This document shows, in pieces, positions 48,939-58,991 of a stretch of DNA of 64,000 bases. This stretch comes from Longimicrobiales bacterium (GTDB taxonomy: Bacteria > Gemmatimonadota > Gemmatimonadetes > Longimicrobiales > Gaopeijiaceae), in NCBI GenBank assembly GCA_965238005.1, contig OZ250165.1:1312001-1376000 (forward strand), written 5' to 3'. The notes below the pieces were generated by a model, which was given only the letters and a program-made list of their open reading frames with translations, searched no databases and was not told the origin of the DNA. The position numbers were made by a program, and so were the translations under genes. Numbering within the stretch: the stretch's first letter is position 1; each line of letters begins with the position of its first letter.

Positions 48939-50624
48939 TCAAAACGGGTACCTCCGCCGAAGGCGTTTTTGACGTTCCCGACGCTCGCACATCCGCTCCC
49001 ACCCGTAGTCCGTATTCCGATCCCGCTTCGGCAACTTCTCGGGCTTCGTGAACTTCGGGCGTGGGCGCACCCAGTTCCACATCACTACCGCGTCAGCCCG
49101 ATCGGGACTGCGACCCAGCCGCTTGCGGATTTCCTCCTTCGGCTCGACGAAGATTTTGCCGCCGCGAGTAAACCACGTGGGAGTCGTGAGGTCGTCGAAC
49201 AGCTCGTGGTCGTCGCACAAGGCGATGTGGCCACGTTCGAGATCCCGCCGAAATCTCCACCACATCGCCGCCCTCAAGTTCGCGAACTCTTCGGCGCCCC
49301 AAGCGCCCTTTCCCGTTCGCGCCCTCGCCTCCCGGTCCGCGGAGCCCACTGCCCGCGAGCCGGCGTTCAAGGCCCTGATGGGGTATCCCATTTCACGTAG
49401 TCTTCCAACCGTTCCGGCGCCGACGCCGATGCTGTCGATCGCCACGCGTCTCGGGTCGATGCCATCCACCTTGATCTCGGTCCCAACGTCTACGCCCAAT
49501 TGGACCGAGTCAGGACAGGGGAACGATCTGACCTCGAGCAGGCACGCACCTTGGCCACGCGCAATGGCGGCCCGGTCCCCCGCCTCCGAGTTCGCGACAT
49601 CGACACCAAGCGCGAGCGGGCCTTCACGAAACGCGGGGTCCGAATATCTGCCAACCGCCTCCTCGCACCATTTCAACTGGATCAGTGCGTCCTGCGCTTC
49701 TGGCGGCGAGATGCCACGGACCCGCGACAGGTAAATCCGCGAGCCTTCGCCATATTTCTCTCGTCGCCTCGCGATCGACTTCCGCGACACCGCGCCCGGC
49801 ACCACCGCGACGTCGTTATCCAGATCCTCCCACTTCGGATCGCGGACGTTGTTCGTAACGATGTTTGGGTGATCCAACGCGCTGATTCGGATGTGGCGAA
49901 CGCCGGGGCTCGTGCAGAATTCGTGGAGCGTATCGTGCTGATGATCAGGATTCCCAATGTACGCCCGGAGATTGTGGACGTCCGTGACTGTATTCTCGAT
50001 CGCAGCCGACACGGGCAGCGGCACGCCGGACGCCTCTTCGACGAGGATGAGCATGTGCTCCGCGTGCATACCCGCAGCTTTCGTACTCACCTGTTCGTGT
50101 GCACCGACTCCGATCGAGCGCCCAACCGCGCCCCATCCCGCCCCCTCACCCTCTTCTCGTGCCCCATCCATCCTGATCCGTAGCCGGGTAAGATCGGCGG
50201 TCGGAAAGAGACGCTTGAAGGCCGGCCAGAGCTTCTTGATTTCGGTCCATGCGTAGAGATCGAGCTGCTCCTCCTTGGCGGCGAACGAGAAAGTTCTGCT
50301 TGCCGGCCAGGTCGCGGCAAACCAAAGCGTCAACCAGCCAAGGCTGTGGCTTTTCCCCGTACCCGTCGCGCTCTCGACGCCCACGTCCTTCCAGTCCACA
50401 AGGGCCTCGGCGATGGCCACGATCGGCTCAGGTGTGCCGTCCCAAAAGTGGTTGTCGTATCCAGGGTTGAGCCCCCACCTGAGCGTCTCCTCACGGATGC
50501 CCAGGTGGTCTACCGCGAAAGCGATCGGATCCCGTTGGTACTCGACGAGAGCCTTAACCTTCTCGGAGTCACGCCTGGCCAACTCGGCGATCGCCAGCAA
50601 CCGGATGTGGTCGGGGCTAAGCAT
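48939..50624 (-). CDS. Phage terminase large subunit
   Basis: SATGTGKS Walker A, LVEEASG Walker B, IGNP, LGVDVA, IDSIGVGAG, SPDRADA. Confidence 0.88.
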   Translation of the reverse strand: MLSPDHIRLLAIAELARRDSEKVKALVEYQRDPIAFAVDHLGIREETLRWGLNPGYDNHFWDGTPEPIVAIAEALVDWKDVGVESATGTGKSHSLGWLTLWFAATWPASRTFSFAAKEEQLDLYAWTEIKKLWPAFKRLFPTADLTRLRIRMDGAREEGEGAGWGAVGRSIGVGAHEQVSTKAAGMHAEHMLILVEEASGVPLPVSAAIENTVTDVHNLRAYIGNPDHQHDTLHEFCTSPGVRHIRISALDHPNIVTNNVRDPKWEDLDNDVAVVPGAVSRKSIARRREKYGEGSRIYLSRVRGISPPEAQDALIQLKWCEEAVGRYSDPAFREGPLALGVDVANSEAGDRAAIARGQGACLLEVRSFPCPDSVQLGVDVGTEIKVDGIDPRRVAIDSIGVGAGTVGRLREMGYPIRALNAGSRAVGSADREARARTGKGAWGAEEFANLRAAMWWRFRRDLERGHIALCDDHELFDDLTTPTWFTRGGKIFVEPKEEIRKRLGRSPDRADAVVMWNWVRPRPKFTKPEKLPKRDRNTDYGWERMCERRERQKRLRRRYPF

Positions 50625-51063
50625 GACCCACCTGCCCTAGGCGAGCCACGATCTCTTCGTCGCTACCGAGCTCGAGGAGTTCGCGAACTTCAGCCTCGCC
50701 CATCGCGGCGATCCGATCAGCGAGTCCCTTCACCTCGACCTGGCTCTTGTCCACGAACATCGCCTTGTGGCGCCCGAGCCAACTGAGTGCTTGGACACGA
50801 GCTGAATGGGAGCTGCCCTCGCCCGTGAAATTGGCTTCTCGCCTCAACCCCTCGATCACCTCGTTCGCCGTCAACTCAACGTGTTCGGCCCGTTCCGTGA
50901 GAGCACTTTCGATCGCCTCTTGGATTTCAGGTTTGTTCAGGTTCTCATGACCAATGGAGCCGGCGGTCTTCTGGGAGTCACCAGCACGGATAGCCGCCTG
51001 TGTGGCGTTAAGGTCAATGAGGTATTCTCGGACGAACGCCTGTTGTTTCGCTGTCATGCTCAT
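50617..51063 (-). CDS. Phage terminase small subunit
   Basis: KQQAFVREYLIDLNATQAAIRAG...L.KPEI. Confidence 0.92.
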   Translation of the reverse strand: MSMTAKQQAFVREYLIDLNATQAAIRAGDSQKTAGSIGHENLNKPEIQEAIESALTERAEHVELTANEVIEGLRREANFTGEGSSHSARVQALSWLGRHKAMFVDKSQVEVKGLADRIAAMGEAEVRELLELGSDEEIVARLGQVGHA

Positions 51064-51332
51064 CTGGGGATTGTTCGAAATTTGCGCAGGTGGTCCAGCG
51101 TGAGGTGATCGAGGGTGGCGGTCATGTGAGCGACACCTTCGGGTACTCGCTCGCAGCCTTGGGCCAAGCGTTCATCTCCTACAGGTCGTGACCTGCCACG
51201 GTGCAGCCAGATCGGCTGGCGGCGTATTCACACACGACTTACCGGCCCCCGAAAGTCGCCACCGCAGCAGGTCCCATTCAATGTTCGAGCGTTTGGGCGA
51301 GCGCCCGTTTTTTTTGCACTTCTTTACTGATT

Positions 51333-51950
51333 TCACTGGTCCGTCCGACCTTGTTTCTTGCTGCCCCGTCTCTGTCTAGGTCGTATGGGCTTCGTCCGTT
51401 TCCGCAAGCGGCTGCCACCCTCCCCTACCGCCCCCCTCCCATACTGTCTAGATCCTGGGCCTGGCTCGGTAAGAAGATCGACTTTGATTCTCTCGCCGAG
51501 CTCATGAGCAAACGAAGCGTGCCGGGCGAGCTGTTCCGTAGCGTCAAGGAGCCAATCTCCCCCAAGGCCATATTGCTCTGCGATCTCGGGCAGCCGTTTT
51601 CGTGAGATGAGGAGATACCAGACATCGTGGGCGAATGGATCAGTGGCCCAGCGGAACACAGTCGGAATCCGCATGGCCGAGCCTCTAGGTCGTTTGACCT
51701 CGAAGAGCAATCCGGGAACCGAGCGGAGCCCAGCCATGCGACTCCGAACTGTCTCCCGAGAGCGACCGATCGTCTTGGCGAGAGTAGTCTCAGATGCAAA
51801 GCAGGGCCGGTACGGGGTCCCGTTGATCGACCAGATGGTCGCCCACAAGAACATTGACTCTCCAAGATGGCTGAGTGCATCAATTGAGCCCGGTCGGACG
51901 ACCCAACAGGGGATCGTCAAATCACCACCGGGTGAGCCAAGGGCCTCCAT
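51333..51950 (-). CDS. HTH protein, phage replication-initiator-like
   Basis: CFASETTLAKTIGRSRETVRSRMAGL. Confidence 0.55.
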   Translation of the reverse strand: MEALGSPGGDLTIPCWVVRPGSIDALSHLGESMFLWATIWSINGTPYRPCFASETTLAKTIGRSRETVRSRMAGLRSVPGLLFEVKRPRGSAMRIPTVFRWATDPFAHDVWYLLISRKRLPEIAEQYGLGGDWLLDATEQLARHASFAHELGERIKVDLLTEPGPGSRQYGRGAVGEGGSRLRKRTKPIRPRQRRGSKKQGRTDQ

Positions 51951-52148
51951 CTACCGACCTAGCAGACCAAGGGGTGCCGAAAGAGGAAGCGAGGCGCAAC
52001 CAGTGCCAGTCCTCTCAGCGATCAACGACTGAGGACTCAGAACCCAGATAGATCGTCGCCCACTCATCTTCGCAGTAGGCGTCACATCTCACCTCTATGT
52101 AACGACTGCGGGTCTAGGAGCTCGGGGAAAGCGGTGAGGGCGAATCCG

Positions 52149-52175
52149 TTCACGTGTCGATTCACGTGTCGATTC
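52149..52175 (+). repeat. Tandem 12-bp direct repeat (candidate integrase arm sites)
   Basis: TTCACGTGTCGA x2 plus TTC. Confidence 0.6.
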
Positions 52176-52279
52176 GTTGCTGTATGGGGCGATAAAGGGG
52201 GGCGCGGGTTATCGCCCAGACCTATATATATAGAGCGGCTAGTGGGCCTTACCGGGAAAGGTGCCACCGCCTGTGTTTT

Positions 52280-52323
52280 GGTCTTTGGCACCGGCGGTGA
52301 TGGTTCGAATCCATCCGGGCCAA
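52280..52323 (+). pseudogene. 3' half of tRNA-Gln(UUG), att duplication
   Basis: GGT-CTTTGGC-ACCGG, T arm GATGG-TTCGAAT-CCATC, acceptor strand CGGGCCA; no matching 5' strand or D arm. Confidence 0.8.
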
Positions 52324-52489
52324 CTCTACAGAACCCCCGTGATCGTTCGGCTTTCCCGGGGTTGTTCTTGCCCATCCAGGGGGCCGGGGCAACCTTTCCT
52401 CCGATGTCGCGCCCTAGGAGGTCGACCCGTCATCGCTAAACAGATGCCACTGGATTTCGATCGCCTCGCATGATACACGGACACGGATC

Positions 52490-54340
52490 ATGATCCGGAT
52501 CCTGATCGGGCCTGCACTCTTCGTGGCCGTGGGATTGGGTTTCGGACCCGGGGAGAGCAGAGCCCTCGCCACCGCCGCGCGGGATTCGACTCCGGGGGTT
52601 CTACAGGAGCCTCCCCGGCCCATGGGCCCCGACTCCTCCGACGTGCTCGGAAAGGCCCGAGACGCCCAGGCTCGTTTCGAGCGCCGACGCCATCGCCTCC
52701 TGCCGTGGGCTTTTGCCGAGAGCGGCCGCCCCTGCGAGAACCGAGTAGGGCGGTTCTGCATGTGGCACTCCGGGGACGACAGCTGGAAACCCATTCCGGA
52801 TCCACCGGAGCTGGTGGACTTGCGGGAAGCACTGCTGACCGAGCTCTCCGAGTTCTCCGCGCAGATTCCGGGTGACAGGTGGATACTCGGGCAGCGGGTC
52901 TTCTACCTGGCCGAGGCGGGCCGCTGGAGCGAGGCTGCGCATTTGGCCGGAGCGTCCCACGTCGAGCCGAGCTGGTGGTGTGACGTCCTCGCGGGGTTCG
53001 CTCTTCACGGTGCGGGGGATTACGGGCCGGCCATGGCGGCCTTCCGGCACGGACTCGCCGACATGGATCCGGAAGAGGCGCGTAAGTGGCGGGATCCCGA
53101 GATCCTCCTGGACGGGAAGGCCCAGGACCTGATGAACGACGCCTCCGAAGAGGAGTGGGAGGCGCTGAGGGCCACGTTCTGGCATCTCGCCGATCCACTC
53201 TACCTGATGCCGGGAAACGATCGAGAGACAGAGCACTATGCTCGGTGGACGTTCTCCCGGATGAGCGATCGCGCCCGCAACCCGCATGGACTTCGCTGGG
53301 GAAGCGATCTCGAGGAGCTGACGGTTCGCTACGGATGGGAGAAGGGTTGGGAGAGACGCCGACCGAACGTGGGTTTCGTCCGTCCCGACGGGAGCACCAT
53401 CGGACACTCCCACCCGGATGCGCGGGAGTTCGTGCCACCCGGGTTCGTGCTGGGGCGGCCGTCGCAGACCGAGCCCGGTGCGTGGATTCCGGCCGAGCAC
53501 CCCCGGAGCGCCCACGTCGCGGCGTACTCTCCCGATCTCGAGCCGGGGGTCGGGCAGGTAGCCGTTTTTCACCGGGGGGACTCCATCCTGGTGGCAGCCG
53601 CCACGAGGATGCCTGAGCCATCAGACTCTTCGGCCGCGCAGTCGTTTCCCAGCGAGGTCCCCTCCGACGAGCCGGATGGCCCGTTTGCGTGGGCGCAGCC
53701 GGGGCTCCTGGACGAGCCCGACCAGGTAGGCCTCTTCCTGATCGATTCCGAGAGGCGATTCAGGGAAGCGCGGCATCGAGGCGACCGCGAGGGCGTGCTC
53801 GCACTCTCCGTGCCGGCGGGTCAGTACCTTGCGAGCGTCGAGGCCTGGGTGCCAACGACAGGTCGGGGTGGACGCCTGCGGCACGGGATCGTGACGGATA
53901 CGATCCCCGAGGATCTGGCCACCCTCTCCGACCTGATCATTCTCTACTCCGCCGATTCACTGCCGCAGCAGCTCGACCTGGCCCTGCCGCTCATGCGACC
54001 GTCACTCGAGTTGTCCTCGGGGCAAGAGATAGCGGTCGGTTGGGAGATCTTCGGGTTAGGCTGGCGGCAGGAGAATGTGGACTTCGAGTTGAGCCTCTAC
54101 AAAGAAGGGGAAGGGTTCTTCGGCAAGGTGGGGCGCTGGCTGGGCTTCGGCGGAGGACGTGACGAGCCTCTCCAGATCGGTTGGAGAGAGCCCGGTCCCG
54201 TCGAGACGGGACCCTGGTTCCGCTCTGTGAAGGTGGACATGCCCGACCTGGAGCCCGGGGAGTATCTCTTTCGACTCCAGGTGTCCATTCGAGGCCGCGA
54301 ACCGCTGGTTCGAACCAGGGCCGTCGGCGTCTCTCCTTGA
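52490..54340 (+). CDS. Secreted hypothetical protein (GWxTD-like)
   Basis: Signal peptide; FWHLADPLY...NDRETEHYAR, WGSD...VRYGW. Confidence 0.65.
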   Translation: MIRILIGPALFVAVGLGFGPGESRALATAARDSTPGVLQEPPRPMGPDSSDVLGKARDAQARFERRRHRLLPWAFAESGRPCENRVGRFCMWHSGDDSWKPIPDPPELVDLREALLTELSEFSAQIPGDRWILGQRVFYLAEAGRWSEAAHLAGASHVEPSWWCDVLAGFALHGAGDYGPAMAAFRHGLADMDPEEARKWRDPEILLDGKAQDLMNDASEEEWEALRATFWHLADPLYLMPGNDRETEHYARWTFSRMSDRARNPHGLRWGSDLEELTVRYGWEKGWERRRPNVGFVRPDGSTIGHSHPDAREFVPPGFVLGRPSQTEPGAWIPAEHPRSAHVAAYSPDLEPGVGQVAVFHRGDSILVAAATRMPEPSDSSAAQSFPSEVPSDEPDGPFAWAQPGLLDEPDQVGLFLIDSERRFREARHRGDREGVLALSVPAGQYLASVEAWVPTTGRGGRLRHGIVTDTIPEDLATLSDLIILYSADSLPQQLDLALPLMRPSLELSSGQEIAVGWEIFGLGWRQENVDFELSLYKEGEGFFGKVGRWLGFGGGRDEPLQIGWREPGPVETGPWFRSVKVDMPDLEPGEYLFRLQVSIRGREPLVRTRAVGVSP

Positions 54341-54447
54341 AGGCCCGAACGTCAGCCAGCCACAAGGGGTTTGGCGTTGACGCCCCCCCTCCTAAGATCT
54401 AGCTTTTCAGGCTGTTGCGGTCTGGCGCCACATTCGGGCTGAGGTCA

Positions 54448-55413
54448 ATGGACGACACGTTTCGCAGAGGACCGCTCCTCCTGCTTACAGGACGGGCCAA
54501 CCGCCCGCTCGGAGTAGAGATCGGACAGATTCTCGGGGAGGACGCCGAGTCGGCCACTATCCGTGATTTCGCCGACGGGGAGATCTTCGTTCGTATCGAT
54601 CGGAATGCCCGTGGACGCGACGTTTACATCATTCAGCCGACCGTGGCTCCGGCCGACAGTATCATGGAGCTGCTCTTGTTGATCGATGCCGCGAAACGCG
54701 CGTCGGCGGCTCAGGTCACGGCAGTCGTCCCGTACTTCGGGTACGGCCGGCAGGACCGCAAGGACCAACCTCGTGTGGCCATCGGGGCGAAACTGGTGGC
54801 GAATCTCATGGTGGCGGCCGGTGCGGACCGACTCATCGGGATGGACTTCCATCAGCATCAGATCCAGGGGTTCTTCGACATCCCGGTGGACCATCTGTAC
54901 GCCGCGCCGGTCCTGACCCACTACTTCCGGGAGAAGAGACTGCCGGATCTGGTAGTGGTGGCGCCCGATGTGGGTTCGGCGAAGATGGCCAGGGGATTCG
55001 CGAAGCGGCTCGACGGGACCTTCGCCATCATCGACAAGAGGCGACCCGCCGCGAACGAAGCCGAGGTTCTGAATGTGGTCGGTGAGGTCGACGGCCGGAC
55101 ATGCCTTCTCGTGGACGACATGGTCGATACGAGTGGGACGCTGGCAAACGCCGTGCAGGCGCTGTCCGACCGAGGGGCGAGGAGTGTCTACGCAGGCGCC
55201 ACCCACGCCCTCCTCTCCGGGAACGCGGTGGAGAAGCTGGCCGCGGCCCCCCTCGAAGAGTTCGTGGTGACCAACACGATCCACGTTCCGGAGGAGCGGC
55301 GCTTCGAGGGCCTGAAGATACTTTCGGTGGCCAGTCTTTTCGCGAAGGCCATCGAGTGCGTTCACAAGAACGAATCGGTGACCAAGCTGTTCGAGCTGGC
55401 CGTCGAGGCGTAG
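54448..55413 (+). CDS. prs: Ribose-phosphate pyrophosphokinase
   Basis: FADGE, PYFGYGRQDRK, VDDMVDTSGT. Confidence 0.97.
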   Translation: MDDTFRRGPLLLLTGRANRPLGVEIGQILGEDAESATIRDFADGEIFVRIDRNARGRDVYIIQPTVAPADSIMELLLLIDAAKRASAAQVTAVVPYFGYGRQDRKDQPRVAIGAKLVANLMVAAGADRLIGMDFHQHQIQGFFDIPVDHLYAAPVLTHYFREKRLPDLVVVAPDVGSAKMARGFAKRLDGTFAIIDKRRPAANEAEVLNVVGEVDGRTCLLVDDMVDTSGTLANAVQALSDRGARSVYAGATHALLSGNAVEKLAAAPLEEFVVTNTIHVPEERRFEGLKILSVASLFAKAIECVHKNESVTKLFELAVEA

Positions 55414-55463
55414 CCGAGAGGCCCCATCTCTCGGCGGAACTACAAGAGACCAGGAACGAGAAA

Positions 55464-56159
55464 ATGAGTGTTAAGTCGGGACTTACGGCGAAGCGGCGCA
55501 GCGAGACCGGTAAGGGTGCGGCGCGGAGGATTCGGGCGGCGGGTCAGATCCCGGCTGTGCTCTACGGCAAGGATCAGGATTCCATCGCGCTTACGGTCGA
55601 TGCTCAGGAAACCGGTCACCTTTTCCACTCCATCTCCGTGGAGAACACGATCGTCAACGTGAAGATCGAGGACGAGGCCGAGGAGTTGGAAACGCTGGTG
55701 CGCGAGATCCAGATGCACCCGTTCCGGCCGGACATCGTCCACGTCGATTTCTACCGCATCCAGAGAGGTGTGGCTATCGAAGTCGACGTTCCCGTCAACT
55801 ACATGGGGACTCCAGAGGGCGTGAAGCATGGCGGCGTTCTGGAAGTGATCCTCCATGAGCTCCGGGTCAAGTGCGTCCCGTCCAAGATCCCCGAGATCAT
55901 TGAGGTCGACGTCTCCGGGCTGGCGATCGGTGACTCGATCCACGCCAGTGAGATCGAGGTCGAGGAGGATGTGGAGTTCCTGACCGATCCCATCCGGACA
56001 CTGTGCCTCGTGGCTGTGCCCAAGGTCGAGGTCGTCGAAGAGGAAGAGGAGGAGGAGCTGGAAGAGGGCGTCGAGGTCGAAGGGGAAGAGGGTGCAGAGG
56101 GAGCCCCCGCCGCCGATGCCGATGCTTCGGCGGGTGGAGACGAGGACTCCGAGGGCTGA
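55464..56159 (+). CDS. rplY: 50S ribosomal protein L25/Ctc
   Basis: GKGAARRIR, IPAVLYG, HVDF, acidic tail. Confidence 0.96.
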   Translation: MSVKSGLTAKRRSETGKGAARRIRAAGQIPAVLYGKDQDSIALTVDAQETGHLFHSISVENTIVNVKIEDEAEELETLVREIQMHPFRPDIVHVDFYRIQRGVAIEVDVPVNYMGTPEGVKHGGVLEVILHELRVKCVPSKIPEIIEVDVSGLAIGDSIHASEIEVEEDVEFLTDPIRTLCLVAVPKVEVVEEEEEEELEEGVEVEGEEGAEGAPAADADASAGGDEDSEG

Positions 56160-56182
56160 TCGCACTCGTCGGATCTGGTGTC

Positions 56183-56746
56183 GTGAAGGTGATCGTCGGG
56201 CTCGGCAATCCCGGGCCTGAATACGACGCCACCCGGCACAACGTGGGCTGGTGGGTCGTGGACCGACTCGCCTACGACTGGGGCTTCGGGGCCTTCGAGA
56301 AGAAAGGCCGAAGCCTGCAGGTAGACGGTATGGTGGGCGACGTTCCAGCCTGCCTCATGAAGCCAACCACATTCATGAACAATAGCGGGGCGGCCCTCGT
56401 CACCCTCGCTACGATTTCGGAATTCGACATCGGCCAAGACCTGTTGGTCGTGTCGGATGACGCGGCGCTGGACCTGGGCCGTGTACGCTTCCGAGCCGGA
56501 GGTGGGTCCGGTGGCCACAAGGGTCTGAAGTCGGTATCCGGTGCTCTCGGCACCGAGGAGTACGGGCGGTTGCGCGTGGGAGTCGGGCAGGCGCAGGATG
56601 GCGAGGACCTCTCCGACTGGGTGCTGTCACCCATGGGGAGTGCGGACGAGGACGTGGTGGTAGCGCTTCTTCCAGAGCTCAGCAAGGCCGTGGAGGTCTG
56701 GATGACGGATGGTATCGAGGAGGCGATGAACCAGTGCAACCGGTGA
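56183..56746 (+). CDS. pth: Peptidyl-tRNA hydrolase
   Basis: [28 protein letters not shown]. Confidence 0.96.
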   Translation: MKVIVGLGNPGPEYDATRHNVGWWVVDRLAYDWGFGAFEKKGRSLQVDGMVGDVPACLMKPTTFMNNSGAALVTLATISEFDIGQDLLVVSDDAALDLGRVRFRAGGGSGGHKGLKSVSGALGTEEYGRLRVGVGQAQDGEDLSDWVLSPMGSADEDVVVALLPELSKAVEVWMTDGIEEAMNQCNR

Positions 56747-56813
56747 TGCGCGCGGAGGCCGTGCGGCTCACGCTGATGCTGTCAAAGACGCTGTCAACAG
56801 CACGAGGAACCTG

Positions 56814-58931
56814 ATGAGCCAATTCGTGACGATTACCAGCTGGTCCTGGGCGCTGGGCCTCGTGGGCCTGGTGGTGGCCGGGATCATCTATCGCTACGTG
56901 AAGGGTCAGTCGGTGGGAAGCGAGGTGATGGATGAGCTGGCCGACCAGATCTATCAGGGGGCCATGGCCTTCCTGCGCCGAGAGTACTCCATGCTGGGCG
57001 TTTTCGTCGTGATGGTGGCCGCCCTGTTGGCATGGGCGGTCTCGGGCCTGACGGCCCTCGCCTACCTGGTGGGGGCCCTCTGCTCGGTCATGGCCGGCTT
57101 CTTCGGCATGACCGCGGCCACGCGGGCGAACGTACGCACCTCGGCCGCGGCCAACCAGGAAGGGCAGGGCAAGGCGCTCCGGGTCGCGTTCTTCGGTGGA
57201 GCGGTGATGGGACTCTGCGTGGCGGCCCTCGGTCTGGTGGGCATAGGGGTGCTCTACTGGTTCTTCGGCGCCACGGCCATCGGTGCCGCCGAGCACGCCG
57301 GGTTTGCGGAGATCATCTCCGGATTTGCCATGGGCGCCAGTTCCATCGCCCTCTTCGCCCGCGTCGGAGGTGGGATCTACACCAAGGCCGCAGACGTCGG
57401 AGCGGATCTCGTGGGGAAGGTCGAGGAGGGGATTCCGGAGGACGACCCCCGGAACCCGGCCACCATCGCCGACAACGTCGGCGACAACGTCGGCGATGTG
57501 GCGGGCATGGGGGCGGACATCTTCGAGTCTTATGTCGGCTCGGTCATCGCCACCATCGCCATCGCGGCGACTTCGGCGTCTCTGGCCGGCAACGTCGGCA
57601 ATGCCATAGCGCTCCCAATCGTGACGGTCATGGTGGGTCTCATCGCCTCGCTGGTCGGAGTCGGCATGATGAAGGCCCTCGAGCGCACGGACCCGGCCGC
57701 GGCTCTTCGGAACGTCACCTTCATCGCCGCTGGCCTCTTCCTCGTGGCCATGTTCTTCATCGTCCGCGCGCTGGACCTCCAGATGGTGGAGGGTGGCCGG
57801 ATCTATCCTGCCCTGGGGCCCTGGTTCGCCATCGTCGCGGGCACCCTGGTGGGCGCAGCCATCGGGCTTGTGACCGAGTACTACACGTCCTCGAGGCCCG
57901 TCAGGAAGATCGCCGAGGCCAGCAAGACCGGCGCGGCCACGAACCTCATAACCGGGTTGGCCGTGGGCATGGAGTCGACGGCCGTCCCCATGCTGCTCAT
58001 CTGTATCGCCATCTACGCATCGTTCACGTCCGCCGGCCTCTACGGCATCGGCATCGCCGCTGTCGGCATGCTGGCCACGGTGGGTGTCACCATGTCCGTG
58101 GACGCCTACGGGCCCATTGCCGACAACGCGGGTGGTATCAGCGAGATGAGCGGCCTGGGACCGGAGACTCGCGCGATCACCGACTCGCTGGACGCCATCG
58201 GCAACACGACCGCCGCCCAGGGTAAGGGCTTCGCCATCGGCTCCGCCGCGCTCACGGCGCTGGCTCTGTTCTCGGCGTACAGCTCGAAGGTCGGGCTGGC
58301 GGAGACGGGGATCGATCTCGTGAAGCCCATCGTCGTCATCGGCCTGTTCCTCGGTGGCGTGCTCCCGTTCTTCATCGCTGCGCTCACCATGACCGCTGTG
58401 GGGCGCGCCGCTCAGGGCATGGTCGAGGAGGTCCGTCGGCAGTTCCGGGAGAGGCCGGGCATCATGGAGGGAACCGAGAGGCCGGATTCGGCACGGTGTG
58501 TAGAGATTTCCACCGATGCCGCGCTTCGCGAGATGATCCTCCCCGGCGTGATCGCCATCGTCTCTCCGGTGCTGGTGGGCCGCTTCCTGGGCGTCGAGGC
58601 CTTGGGTGGGCTCCTGGCCGGTGCCACGGTCACCGGCGTCCTCATGGCGCTCTTCATGGCCAATGCCGGGGGCGCATGGGACAACGCCAAGAAGCTCATC
58701 GAGGGTGGCGCCCATGGAGGGAAGGGATCCGAGCCCCACAAGGCCGCGATCGTCGGTGACACGGTGGGAGACCCGTTCAAGGACACCTCGGGGCCGTCTC
58801 TCAACATTCTCATCAAGCTGATGAGCGTCGTGTCACTGGTGCTCGCGCCGTGGTTCGTGCGAGTGCACGAGATCGACGCGGGCGGCCAGATCTCCAGTCT
58901 CATTGGCTGGGTTGCCCGCCTGTTCGGGTAG
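56814..58931 (+). CDS. hppA: Membrane pyrophosphatase, K+-dependent type (probably Na+-translocating)
   Basis: [26 protein letters not shown] (Ala marks the K+-dependent type). Confidence 0.94.
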   Translation: MSQFVTITSWSWALGLVGLVVAGIIYRYVKGQSVGSEVMDELADQIYQGAMAFLRREYSMLGVFVVMVAALLAWAVSGLTALAYLVGALCSVMAGFFGMTAATRANVRTSAAANQEGQGKALRVAFFGGAVMGLCVAALGLVGIGVLYWFFGATAIGAAEHAGFAEIISGFAMGASSIALFARVGGGIYTKAADVGADLVGKVEEGIPEDDPRNPATIADNVGDNVGDVAGMGADIFESYVGSVIATIAIAATSASLAGNVGNAIALPIVTVMVGLIASLVGVGMMKALERTDPAAALRNVTFIAAGLFLVAMFFIVRALDLQMVEGGRIYPALGPWFAIVAGTLVGAAIGLVTEYYTSSRPVRKIAEASKTGAATNLITGLAVGMESTAVPMLLICIAIYASFTSAGLYGIGIAAVGMLATVGVTMSVDAYGPIADNAGGISEMSGLGPETRAITDSLDAIGNTTAAQGKGFAIGSAALTALALFSAYSSKVGLAETGIDLVKPIVVIGLFLGGVLPFFIAALTMTAVGRAAQGMVEEVRRQFRERPGIMEGTERPDSARCVEISTDAALREMILPGVIAIVSPVLVGRFLGVEALGGLLAGATVTGVLMALFMANAGGAWDNAKKLIEGGAHGGKGSEPHKAAIVGDTVGDPFKDTSGPSLNILIKLMSVVSLVLAPWFVRVHEIDAGGQISSLIGWVARLFG

Positions 58932-58991
58932 AGCCGCCCAGCTTTCTTCCACTGAGGGGGTTCGGTCGCGGGGCGGCCGGACCCACGAGCC

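Larger units (their letters stand above)
48939..52323 (-). mobile_element. Prophage/satellite remnant abutting an att site in tRNA-Gln
   Basis: HTH-TerS-TerL, tandem arm-like repeats and a tRNA 3' fragment; no integrase or capsid gene seen. Confidence 0.7.

Noticed and set aside
52240..52323. Intact tRNA-Gln gene
   Set aside because: No 5' acceptor strand (TGGCCCG) or D arm upstream
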